Below, piece after piece: positions 37,785 through 46,739 of a stretch of 64,000 nucleotides of DNA; positions within the stretch are counted from its first letter, which is position 1; each line of letters opens with the position of its first letter. This DNA comes from a virus (lineage: Duplodnaviria; Caudoviricetes). Location of the stretch: positions 1-64,000 of the IMG/VR virus record IMGVR_UViG_3300034101_006325; one strand, 5' to 3'. Position numbers and translations under genes: made by a program. The notes under the pieces are model-generated. The model worked only from the letters and a program-made list of their open reading frames with translations. It was not told the DNA's origin and did no database searches.

Positions 37785-38258
37785 TCACTCAATTTCCTTG
37801 TCGTAAGGCTCATACAACAGCTCACCAGCAGTCTTACAGCGCTCGAGGTAATCCTCCAACTGATCAAATGATGTGCAGACCTTGATGCCGCTGCGACTGA
37901 GCATCAAATTAAACTTTGCACCAGAAGGGAGATTTTCGCAGAAATAAACGATCTTGGTGCCGTATGCATATGATGCACCGGCCTCCCAGATGGTACCAAT
38001 GTCGCGGTATGTCGTGTTGACGAGGCAGAAATCAGCCTTCTTGATGTGATCAACATTGCCCTTGAACACATTGTCCTGTACCTCCTGCGTTGCATCTGGT
38101 GGACAGACGAAGATTCGACGGGGGGACGCAAGGTTTATCCAGGCAGAGCGATCGTCAAAGACCTTTTCCAACTTTGTGAGTTGCTTGTCCTGATCTGGAG
38201 AAAACCAACCTGATGCCAAATATACGTGAAGCTTACGACCAAAATTATTAGCGCTCAT
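37785..38258 (-). CDS. nucleoside 2-deoxyribosyltransferase / nucleotide N-glycosidase
   Basis: VYLASGWF, N..HI..AD, D.GT.WEAG, FNLM. Confidence 0.85.
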   Translation of the reverse strand: MSANNFGRKLHVYLASGWFSPDQDKQLTKLEKVFDDRSAWINLASPRRIFVCPPDATQEVQDNVFKGNVDHIKKADFCLVNTTYRDIGTIWEAGASYAYGTKIVYFCENLPSGAKFNLMLSRSGIKVCTSFDQLEDYLERCKTAGELLYEPYDKEIE

Positions 38259-38267
38259 ATGTTCCTT

Positions 38268-38849
38268 TCAAAAATTAGTATGATAGTTTATATTCAAATA
38301 CTGGGCGTCGAGAGCAACATCGCTGACAAGAGATTTTGGTCCTGCGACGAAGACTTCCGTGCTGCTCTGACCATTGTACAGGTAGCGGAGAAGTTGTTTA
38401 GGGCGTGAGCAATTTTTTGTGTTTACAAAATAAGCTCGTGCAAATTGTGGATAAAAATTGCTGAGGGCTAGAGGATCAAGTCCACGCGAACAGATGCCGA
38501 TCATAGGATTTATTCCTCTGCTGAAGAGTTGATTGATCAAAAGTGCGACTGCTCCAACGCCAGTGCCACCAGCAATCACGATGGCTGATGAAGATGATGC
38601 TGTTGGAAAACCTTTGCCGGAAGGAAATTCAACCTTGTCGATCTCCTCGCGAAAGAGGAAGGAGCTAGATTTGACGATGAATGTCAGCGTGGAATCGGTA
38701 AAATCGGCGATCGCAACCCACCTGCCGTTGACGACTGCACAGGATCCTGGAATAATGTGCTGTGTTAGCCCAGGATGGGTCAGGACGACTTTCTGATAAT
38801 CTCCACCAAGGTTTGTATTCTCGATTATTTGAAAATTATCCTGACCCAT
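38268..38849 (-). CDS. FAD/NAD-binding FNR-like reductase (PyrK-like)
   Basis: P.GKGF, IAGGTGVG, VFVAGP. Confidence 0.65.
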   Translation of the reverse strand: MGQDNFQIIENTNLGGDYQKVVLTHPGLTQHIIPGSCAVVNGRWVAIADFTDSTLTFIVKSSSFLFREEIDKVEFPSGKGFPTASSSSAIVIAGGTGVGAVALLINQLFSRGINPMIGICSRGLDPLALSNFYPQFARAYFVNTKNCSRPKQLLRYLYNGQSSTEVFVAGPKSLVSDVALDAQYLNINYHTNF

Positions 38850-38856
38850 TGCCGTG

Positions 38857-39840
38857 TCACTTTCCGTTCTTCCAGTCGTCGTGGCGCGACTTTAGTGTGG
38901 ACCAGTCGGTCATGTCCTTGTTCCACAGCTCAGTAAAGCGTTTTTGTTGACCGGAGCCATGGGTGCCATTCAGTTCCTCACGCGTTGATTGGTAGATCGT
39001 ATCATTTGGATGAAACTCAAAGATATCGTTCTTCTTGATCGGCCAATAGAGATTGGTTCCCCTCGACACAAACTTGTCGCCTTCCTTGACCCTGAAGGTC
39101 TTGACATAGTGCATGTCAGGCTTGTTGAAGTCGATGACAGAAGTAAATTCTGGCATCACCTTGGCGACTTCCACTGCCATTCGAGAGGCGAGGAGATTGT
39201 CGGCGGCAGGCTGAATCTGTGTGTCCATGCGTTGGTAGATGAATCCAATCAGATCCTTTAGTGATAGACGCATGTAATAGAACGAAGTCATGCACTTTGG
39301 CAGGATCATCCTCGCATCCATCATTGATACGACCTTGGAATCTGTCATGTCGGCGTAGAGCTGCTTTGATTCCTCAACAAGCTTAGTCCATCGTGCGAGA
39401 AACTCGGGTGAGTTCTGGACGGGCTCCGGGATTACAGCATCGTCGTCGCGGAGGTCGCGGTCTCCAGTGCACTGTGCTGCGAAAGTGCCAGCGCGGTGGC
39501 GGATGATGTGTGTCACCTCCTGGAAGGAGAGACCGCTGAGGCGGAACGTGAAGCCGAGACACTCCATCGGTGCAGGAAGAGTACGTCCTCCGAACACGTC
39601 CTCGAGGTTCTTGGAAAGTTCACGCTCAGTTACACCTCGTGTAGGATCAATATCCGGGCGATCGGCCCATGTGGCCTTGACATAGTGCCATGCAACATTC
39701 CAGGCCTGTTGTCGCGTGGGGTGGTCGACGAGTTCCACCTTGAGTGCGTCGAGGTTGTTGTGGAATTGTGTCTTTGGCTTGCGGCCAAACTTGAGTTCCA
39801 TGGGAAGATCTACGGGCTGAAGGTCACGATTAATAGGCAT
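38857..39840 (-). CDS. ThyX-like flavoenzyme paralog with atypical active site
   Basis: TFRLSG.S....THIIRHRAGTFAAQCTGDR; DAR.ILP. Confidence 0.75.
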   Translation of the reverse strand: MPINRDLQPVDLPMELKFGRKPKTQFHNNLDALKVELVDHPTRQQAWNVAWHYVKATWADRPDIDPTRGVTERELSKNLEDVFGGRTLPAPMECLGFTFRLSGLSFQEVTHIIRHRAGTFAAQCTGDRDLRDDDAVIPEPVQNSPEFLARWTKLVEESKQLYADMTDSKVVSMMDARMILPKCMTSFYYMRLSLKDLIGFIYQRMDTQIQPAADNLLASRMAVEVAKVMPEFTSVIDFNKPDMHYVKTFRVKEGDKFVSRGTNLYWPIKKNDIFEFHPNDTIYQSTREELNGTHGSGQQKRFTELWNKDMTDWSTLKSRHDDWKNGK

Positions 39841-39862
39841 TTGTTACTCCTTGAGATTGTGT

Positions 39863-39891
39863 ATTATACGCGCTAATTTGAAACATTTCAC
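39863..39891 (-). promoter_or_regulatory. sigma70-like promoter
   Basis: GTGAAA-N17-TATAAT followed by AAGGAG RBS. Confidence 0.7.
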
Positions 39892-40850
39892 TGCAAAGAT
39901 TCAAGTATGATATTTGCGGCATCGAAGGGATCCGAGCCTTCCGAGACGTAGGTTATATTCTTGAGAGAAGACACCTCTGTGTTGTATGTCTTCTGGGGTA
40001 CGACAACTTGGACACCATGCTTTGCATATTCTGCAGAATGTTTGGCCGAGTCGTCAACGGCAAAAAACTTTCCCGTCGAATAGAATTTTTGGTCCGCCAC
40101 CCAAGCAAATTTTTCAGGTGCAAAAGTTATTGCATCTGCAGGTATGTTGTGCCTGTAGAGCCACGAGTATGTGTCGTAGAAACATGTAAGATTTTTTTCA
40201 GGTCGTGCCGTGATTATCTGGATCCAGCAGCCTTTGTCTTTCAGTTTCCTCAGCGTCTCACAATATCGATGATTGGGATGAAGCCCCAAAAAACCATGCT
40301 TGTCAATAAAAGTTCTAAAATAATACTCATTGCTCAAGCCGTGCTTTTTAAACGTCGTAACGTTATAATATTCGGGACAATGAGGATCGATGAAAATTCC
40401 GCTATCTTTTGTGACAAACTCGCAGAAAGACGATCTAAACTCCGCCAAGACATCGTCCATGTCGAAAAGAACAACAGGCTCACCATTCCACTTTCTTTGT
40501 GAGAGCGTGTGTCTATAGTGCAGAAATTCATCCTTCTGCTTCAAGGCGTTCACAAATTGATCACCATCAATTGAGCACAAATTTAAAATTGCAAGAATAT
40601 AACGATATGCATCTACAGATTTATAGAGGACTTTTTGAGAGTCAATTGAATCGGGCAGAAGCCGATGATTCTTGTAATTTGCGCCTTCGACGATCCCCGT
40701 CGCTTCAGAATGTAAAGACAAAACAAAGGTCTTGAGCAATTCCTGCTTCTGACTCAGGGTGAGCTGTTTTTCATCAAAAAACAGAGATGAAAAATCTGCT
40801 TGACGCGACAAGGCATCAAGCAGATTTCCCCAATCAATTTGTGAATTCAT
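39888..40850 (-). CDS. degenerate all-alpha NTP-PPase domain fused to a 5'(3')-deoxyribonucleotidase (HAD)
   Basis: N-terminus resembles the next gene but lacks the acidic motif (YKSVD); C-terminal FDMDDVL, ITAR, K, VDD. Confidence 0.75.
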   Translation of the reverse strand: MNSQIDWGNLLDALSRQADFSSLFFDEKQLTLSQKQELLKTFVLSLHSEATGIVEGANYKNHRLLPDSIDSQKVLYKSVDAYRYILAILNLCSIDGDQFVNALKQKDEFLHYRHTLSQRKWNGEPVVLFDMDDVLAEFRSSFCEFVTKDSGIFIDPHCPEYYNVTTFKKHGLSNEYYFRTFIDKHGFLGLHPNHRYCETLRKLKDKGCWIQIITARPEKNLTCFYDTYSWLYRHNIPADAITFAPEKFAWVADQKFYSTGKFFAVDDSAKHSAEYAKHGVQVVVPQKTYNTEVSSLKNITYVSEGSDPFDAANIILESLQ

Positions 40851-40866
40851 GTATGCATTCTATGTC

Positions 40867-41250
40867 TTAATAGCCTGATTTTACACGCCGGACATTTACT
40901 TCGCCTTTTTTCATGAAGGCTTCGTACAATTCTTCCACAGATATTCCACTATAAATGACGATGCCAAAGAAATAATGCAGGGCATCCACAAGCTCTTCTT
41001 TGTAAGATTCACGATCAAAATCTTTGACCTCAGTTACTCGATGTGCTTTGCTGTTCTTTAGAAGATGATTTGCTTCAAAAAGTTCATGCATGCATTCATG
41101 TGCAAGACCTTTGAGCATTTGTTGATTTTTCTTTTCTCTAAGGTCAAGAGGAAAGTCTGGCATTTGACGTTCATCTCGCAAGAGTACATTGAAGTCTCTT
41201 TGCTGATTGTACATTTTTTCTAGCTTGTCCATTGTTGTTTCCTTAATCAC
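40867..41250 (-). CDS. all-alpha dNTP pyrophosphatase (MazG / dimeric dUTPase-like)
   Basis: E..ELFE, KEELVDALHY, KK...N..R. Confidence 0.8.
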   Translation of the reverse strand: MIKETTMDKLEKMYNQQRDFNVLLRDERQMPDFPLDLREKKNQQMLKGLAHECMHELFEANHLLKNSKAHRVTEVKDFDRESYKEELVDALHYFFGIVIYSGISVEELYEAFMKKGEVNVRRVKSGY

Positions 41251-42251
41251 AGAACTTGAGCTGCAATTAAACAGCCTCTAGCAACAGCATGCAGAGGATC
41301 GGCAGCATGTCGAACTTCCTTGACTGGCAGTGGGAAATTGTTCTCCTTTAACTTTGAAGCAAACATTTCGACAAAACCTTTGGCCTTTGAGGTGCCTCCG
41401 GCGACGACGACGGGTAGAGCATCTTTAAATTTTGGCAATGATTTGTGGCCATCCATTGCGGCTGCAAGCTGCTTCGTAGTATAATCGATGAGACGTTCAT
41501 AATAGGCAGCAACTGCAGCAAGGACTTGATTGTCATTAGGTTGACCGACGGTGAAATCGCCTGATTCTTTCTCAGCTTGGACAATTGAATCAGCCTCACC
41601 CGTGGCGACTGCAGACATGCGATCTACCCAGTCACCGCTCTTAGTAGTTGAAAACTTGACTACAGGCTCACCATTGAGCATAACACAAACATTGACCATG
41701 CCAGCTCCCCACGAGAGACAAACACCCGTATAGTCATCCTTATCAAGTTCGGAATAACAAAGAGCCTCTGCCTCATTTATTGCTCTTGCAGAATAGCCTA
41801 CTTCAGTTAGAAGTTTAACGATGACGTCTTCATGATACCCAACATCGAAATCATCATCTTCTTGATCGATCGGTTGTGCTGGGACACAGAACACAAGTTT
41901 TTCTCCTTCTTCGCTTGGTTTTCCAGCAACTTCTTTAAGGATAAAAGTCAAAATTTTTCTCGCATCTTTTTCTTTGGACGAGACGACGCCACGGTACATT
42001 GGTCTCTTTGCGGAGTCATTTCTCTCCACAGCTTTTTCAATTGCATCGGCACCGAGCAGAATAAATGAACCATCAGAGTCTTTAACAAATGTTTTTCCTG
42101 TAAGACCTTTTTCGATCATCTTTGTAGCAATTGGTGTGGTTGGCTTGATAACATAAAAAGCATCCCTAAAATCTTTATAGTTGACCTTTCCTTTGTTTCC
42201 TTCCGAAGCTAGAACAATGAATGATGTACCTACGTCTAAACCCTTAGCCAT
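41247..42251 (-). CDS. actin-like ATPase (MreB/FtsA superfamily)
   Basis: LDVGTS phosphate-1, NEAEA connect, SWGAG phosphate-2, VAGGTS adenosine motif. Confidence 0.85.
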   Translation of the reverse strand: MAKGLDVGTSFIVLASEGNKGKVNYKDFRDAFYVIKPTTPIATKMIEKGLTGKTFVKDSDGSFILLGADAIEKAVERNDSAKRPMYRGVVSSKEKDARKILTFILKEVAGKPSEEGEKLVFCVPAQPIDQEDDDFDVGYHEDVIVKLLTEVGYSARAINEAEALCYSELDKDDYTGVCLSWGAGMVNVCVMLNGEPVVKFSTTKSGDWVDRMSAVATGEADSIVQAEKESGDFTVGQPNDNQVLAAVAAYYERLIDYTTKQLAAAMDGHKSLPKFKDALPVVVAGGTSKAKGFVEMFASKLKENNFPLPVKEVRHAADPLHAVARGCLIAAQVL

Positions 42252-42309
42252 TATTTTGATTCTCCTGTTAGTAATCGCAACGAGAAATTAAATTGTATGA
42301 ATGACAATA

Positions 42310-42624
42310 TTACTTGCTTTTTTTCAATTGTGCAAGTCTATTGACAGAATTTTCAATGTCGTCCTCGACGGAAGAATTCTTCCCGAGCGAAACATTTGAT
42401 TTTTGAAAATCATCGGAAGATACGTTTGTGACAAATTTAGCGTCATCTATCTTGATTGATTTTAAACGCTTGAGTTCAACAGATTCATTTTTTTTAAAAA
42501 TGCTGTCAGAATCAGAGTGAATAATTTGTTTACCTTGAGTATTTCTCCCAAGCAAAAATCCTAGTATAAAACTAAATTGAGCAATTAAAAATGCAACCAG
42601 AATATTATTCACGTTAACCAACAT
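42310..42624 (-). CDS. N-terminal TM hypothetical protein
   Basis: 104 aa, hydrophobic N-terminus. Confidence 0.65.
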   Translation of the reverse strand: MLVNVNNILVAFLIAQFSFILGFLLGRNTQGKQIIHSDSDSIFKKNESVELKRLKSIKIDDAKFVTNVSSDDFQKSNVSLGKNSSVEDDIENSVNRLAQLKKSK

Positions 42625-42675
42625 TATAATTTAAAGTTTCAATTATACAATTGACCAAAATTAATATTTAACAAC

Positions 42676-43245
42676 ATGAAAACGAAACATGATCGCATTA
42701 TAGAAGAAAATTTCGGTATGCCTCTTGACTACGACGCAAAAATTGGTAAAAAAATTGGTGATGAATATGCTGGTGAACCAGCAGTTGGTGTCAGAGACAT
42801 GCGCGAAGAGGGCATTTGTTCAGAATGTGGCACAATGCCTGTTGAAGGAGAATGTGAATGCGGTTGCATGTTGGACGACGAGATGTGTTCAGGCTGCGGT
42901 ATGAATGCTTCCGATTGTATGTGCGGCGTCGAAGTAGATGCTTGTCCAGTATGTTCAATGATGCCTATTGATAATTCGTGTGGCTGTGATTCATCTTATG
43001 AAGCTGAGGCGCCAAAATTGTGTGAATGCGGTGCAAATTTAAGCGAAGGTGAAATTTGCGAATGCGGAATGAATGAGGCCAAGAAAAAGAAAGGGCCTAC
43101 CAAAAAAACTGCACAAAAGATTTTGCGTGGTACCAAAACATTTAAAGACAAGATGAAAAAAGTATCAGGATGGGCCAAAGATCCTGCAGCAGGAGCCGCT
43201 TGGATGATGCATAAAGCTACGGGAAAATGGCCATCAGAAAAATAA
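42676..43245 (+). CDS. Cys-rich (metallothionein-like) protein with basic C-terminal domain
   Basis: 17 Cys in CxxC/CxC clusters; ATATTTA 5 nt upstream. Confidence 0.7.
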   Translation: MKTKHDRIIEENFGMPLDYDAKIGKKIGDEYAGEPAVGVRDMREEGICSECGTMPVEGECECGCMLDDEMCSGCGMNASDCMCGVEVDACPVCSMMPIDNSCGCDSSYEAEAPKLCECGANLSEGEICECGMNEAKKKKGPTKKTAQKILRGTKTFKDKMKKVSGWAKDPAAGAAWMMHKATGKWPSEK

Positions 43246-43249
43246 ACAA

Positions 43250-44302
43250 TTACAATTTTCCATGTGGTCCATTTTCTTGGACCCCATTGGATGTAATCTG
43301 AACAAATTTTGATTTTGAACGAAGTTCTCTAATTGTTTGAGCACCAGAATAAGAAAGCCCTGACTTAATACCTTCGAGTAAATCTGTCAGGGTGTTCTTT
43401 AATTCGCCTTTATAAGGTATGAGCGTTGTTTCTCCCTCTGTGACTGAAACTTTTCCTCTCCACTCAAGCTGAGCTTCGCGTGAAGCCATGCCTCTAAAAT
43501 TCTTATAAATTCTGTTATCTTTTGTGATCAACTCACCGGGCGATTCATCGTGTCCTGCAAGAATAGATCCTAGCATAATCATGTCAGCTCCTGCTGCAAG
43601 AGCTTTCACAGCATCACCGCTGTTTCTAATTCCTCCATCAGCAACAATCAAAACATCTCTATCGGACTTTGCACAGTCCATAATTGACTGCAAGGTAGGA
43701 ATGCCATGACCTGTCCTAATTCTTGTTGTGCACATGGAACCACCACCAATTCCTACACGCAAAGAATCTGCGCCCCAGTCGGCAAGGTCATTAAATGCAT
43801 CAAGTGTTGCAATATTGCCTGCCATGATATGAATATCATTACTGTAGATTTTTCTTAAAGATTCCAAAGCACGTCTTGTATGACCATGATGACCATGAGC
43901 AACATCAATACAAAATGCTCTACAGCCTGAGGCATGTAGTTCAGCTGCACGTTCCAGATAATCTCCTGTCGCACCAATTGCAACCATGATATTGTTTTCA
44001 TTTGACTTATTCGTTACAAGCTTTTTTGTTTGCAAATATTCACGATTTGCCTCATCGATAGAGCAATATCGATGAAGAACGCCAAATCCTCCTGCGTCAG
44101 CCAAAATAGAAGCCGAAGATGGACTAATTACTGTGTCCATAGGCGAGCCTACAATTGGACATAAAAGATTTGATTGTTTGGCTGTTAGTCTTGCAAAAGT
44201 CTCGTCAAAACCAGGCACAGACAAATCCACTGATGACCTGGTTTCAATTTCTGAGTATTGTGGGACGAGCAGGACATCATCAAAACAAACAGCTCTTTGC
44301 AT
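43250..44302 (-). CDS. IMP dehydrogenase / GMP reductase family, lacking CBS domains
   Basis: [17 protein letters not shown], catalytic [20 protein letters not shown]. Confidence 0.92.
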   Translation of the reverse strand: MQRAVCFDDVLLVPQYSEIETRSSVDLSVPGFDETFARLTAKQSNLLCPIVGSPMDTVISPSSASILADAGGFGVLHRYCSIDEANREYLQTKKLVTNKSNENNIMVAIGATGDYLERAAELHASGCRAFCIDVAHGHHGHTRRALESLRKIYSNDIHIMAGNIATLDAFNDLADWGADSLRVGIGGGSMCTTRIRTGHGIPTLQSIMDCAKSDRDVLIVADGGIRNSGDAVKALAAGADMIMLGSILAGHDESPGELITKDNRIYKNFRGMASREAQLEWRGKVSVTEGETTLIPYKGELKNTLTDLLEGIKSGLSYSGAQTIRELRSKSKFVQITSNGVQENGPHGKL

Positions 44303-44348
44303 ATATGATGTTATACACAAAGAGCTGAAAGATTTATCAGGCTAAATT

Positions 44349-44936
44349 TCATGGATGAGCTTGTAGCTCTGCGCACTCTTCACAGACAGCAGGATAACCC
44401 TGTCCACCTTGAGCCTCAAATTTAGATTTTTCCTTAGATGACATCATGCTGTCGCAGCTTGGACATACAGGTCTATCCATGCCTGGTGGCTTCGTAGGAT
44501 GCATAAATGCGTCATCACGACCCGCCATCATTCCGTGAGAAGCTTCTTCCACGTAGCCCCAATTGCCGCTCTTCCACGCGTCCATCTCATTTTGTGTTAT
44601 TCGCTTGTAAGATTCGTTGAGTTTCTTCGACTCTTGCATCTGAGGCTCGAGCTCGGCAACTCCCGTCAAATAATCATAGACATGTTGCAGATCGTTGTGC
44701 GATGTTGCAACTAAATCTTGAACCCAGCCAGGTAGTTGATCATCATTGTTTAAAAGACTGCATAGTTCAGAAGCCATTTTCTTCATTGACGACATCCTGG
44801 CCTTGAGCATATAACCCTCATCATCCATTGGGTGGCCAGATTCGCTTCCATGTAGAAATCGAGACGTATCGTCCGTCTTGACTAGCGATATTTCTTCTTT
44901 GATAAGCTTCTTAAGCTGTGTAAGCGTAATTTTCAT
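44349..44936 (-). CDS. protein with LKKLIKEE leader and C-terminal CxxC pair
   Basis: MKITLTQLKKLIKEE; EG.M.K...LPGWVQ domain; LNE. Confidence 0.75.
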   Translation of the reverse strand: MKITLTQLKKLIKEEISLVKTDDTSRFLHGSESGHPMDDEGYMLKARMSSMKKMASELCSLLNNDDQLPGWVQDLVATSHNDLQHVYDYLTGVAELEPQMQESKKLNESYKRITQNEMDAWKSGNWGYVEEASHGMMAGRDDAFMHPTKPPGMDRPVCPSCDSMMSSKEKSKFEAQGGQGYPAVCEECAELQAHP

Positions 44937-44945
44937 TATTTTCCC

Positions 44946-45506
44946 TCAAATCATTGCAGAATTTGCGCATCTCTGCTTCAAGAGATACACGTGACCTTCG
45001 TGTTTATCTGCAATATCTTGCAGCATATTGTCGACGCCGTTGGTTAAAAGACCACATTCTTCCAAAGAAGACCTACAGCTGTCGACAACCTTGAGGAAAT
45101 TTAGTTCCACCATTAAAGATTTTCTCGCCAAGTCAGAAGACTGTGGAATTGTCGAGCCTGAACCAACGCCGGATAAAAGTTTTAATACTTGCGAGTGTAT
45201 TATTTGAGGATTGACATTTGAAGTGCAGCCTAGACCCACAGCCTTTTCTGCTACAGGATCAATTTCTGCATCGACTGCTTCGTACAAACGAGAGAACAAA
45301 AGATGATCTCCGTAGAATGGATCTCCCATGCATGTCCAATGATGATTTTCATGAACTGTTGCAAGAAACTTTAAGTACACAAGCACAACTGAAAGTTGAG
45401 AATAGGATAGACCTCCCCATTCTGCCATCATATTGTCCAAGATGACATCGTGATTAGGTTCTACAACAACAAGCATTTGGTGAAAATTTTCTTTCAATTT
45501 CTTCAT
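44946..45506 (-). CDS. Dps/ferritin-like protein
   Basis: HW...G..F...H.LF..LY......D.VAE; D...H. Confidence 0.75.
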   Translation of the reverse strand: MKKLKENFHQMLVVVEPNHDVILDNMMAEWGGLSYSQLSVVLVYLKFLATVHENHHWTCMGDPFYGDHLLFSRLYEAVDAEIDPVAEKAVGLGCTSNVNPQIIHSQVLKLLSGVGSGSTIPQSSDLARKSLMVELNFLKVVDSCRSSLEECGLLTNGVDNMLQDIADKHEGHVYLLKQRCANSAMI

Positions 45507-46684
45507 TACTTAAGCTCCACTTGAAATCTAACAGTATTTGATTCTACGGGATGCCAATTTAGACGATAAGGTTGTTGCATGAGATTACGTCTAGAATTCC
45601 AATGTTTTACATAAACATCGATAGCTTTTTCATCTAATTGACGCATTGTATTCGTAGGTAGTGTGGCTTCCATGGGAGCAATCAGTCTTGCGTAGCTTTC
45701 ATTAATTCCCAGTGATTTTCCAGGATTTGCAACTGATCCTTTTTTTACTTGAAAAAGATCCTCAAATGATTTCATGTAAGTAGATGGAATTGACCTTGTT
45801 TCCAAAAGATTTTTGACTGGATCAATTTTTTCTTCAATTATCGGCATGACATCTGGATTATAATCGCTCATAAACCTGAGATTCGATGCTATGCTTTTCA
45901 AGGCATTTTCTTGCATGTCATCGCTTGCTGTTTTTGGCATTGTGCTTGCGACAATTGCCGATTTGTCACGAATTTCCATGTGTTTGTAAACAGACTTTAA
46001 AAGCTTGTCATAATCAACTTCTATGCCTTGTGACTTGTAGGAATCTACTAGGCGATCAACAGTCTTTTCTTCCCAGTTTCCTTCAAGGTTATTTCCGTAT
46101 GCTGTTGGGCCATTGATGATCTTGTGTGCTTGCGTGTCATACCACGCATCTGTAAAGCCAGGATCTTCAACGCCTTCGTATGCGTCACTCAGAGGAAATT
46201 CACCGTATAAGTCGAAGTGTTTTTCAACAGCTTTGGGCGTAGGAAGGCCAGATTCTTGCAATTTTTTTTGTTGTGATATGGCCATCAGCTGATCATCTGC
46301 TGGGAATCTTCTGACCATTTCAGAAACAAGATTACGCGAAAGTCGATTGGCAACAGCAGCTCTAACTGCAGGACTCATGTCGAACATCATTTTTTGCACC
46401 AATTCTTCAGGAAGCAAACGTGCAACTAATTTCCTGACAACAGGAAATTCAGAATTTGCAAATTTTAGCAGCGTAGATGTCTTCACAGGGCCAGGTGAAC
46501 GGCCAGTTTTTTCAAGAACATCGAGCTGATTATTGGCAGACTCTGCCATTAACTTTAAACCATGCGTCACAAGAACAGTCGGCCCTATTGCATTTCTGAC
46601 TTCTGTCTTAAAGGCTTCAATTCTTTTTTCTTCGCTGACTACTTTGCTGGCAACTTTTTGCAGCTTTTCAAGCTTCAATTGCAT
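45506..46684 (-). CDS. hypothetical protein with HEAT-like repeats
   Basis: VVRKLVARLL...D.SPAVRAAVANRL; GGAG RBS. Confidence 0.7.
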   Translation of the reverse strand: MQLKLEKLQKVASKVVSEEKRIEAFKTEVRNAIGPTVLVTHGLKLMAESANNQLDVLEKTGRSPGPVKTSTLLKFANSEFPVVRKLVARLLPEELVQKMMFDMSPAVRAAVANRLSRNLVSEMVRRFPADDQLMAISQQKKLQESGLPTPKAVEKHFDLYGEFPLSDAYEGVEDPGFTDAWYDTQAHKIINGPTAYGNNLEGNWEEKTVDRLVDSYKSQGIEVDYDKLLKSVYKHMEIRDKSAIVASTMPKTASDDMQENALKSIASNLRFMSDYNPDVMPIIEEKIDPVKNLLETRSIPSTYMKSFEDLFQVKKGSVANPGKSLGINESYARLIAPMEATLPTNTMRQLDEKAIDVYVKHWNSRRNLMQQPYRLNWHPVESNTVRFQVELK

Positions 46685-46739
46685 GAAACAAGACTCCTAG
46701 CATCTAATTATAATCCTGTTTCGTTGTTTTTAAAAAGAA

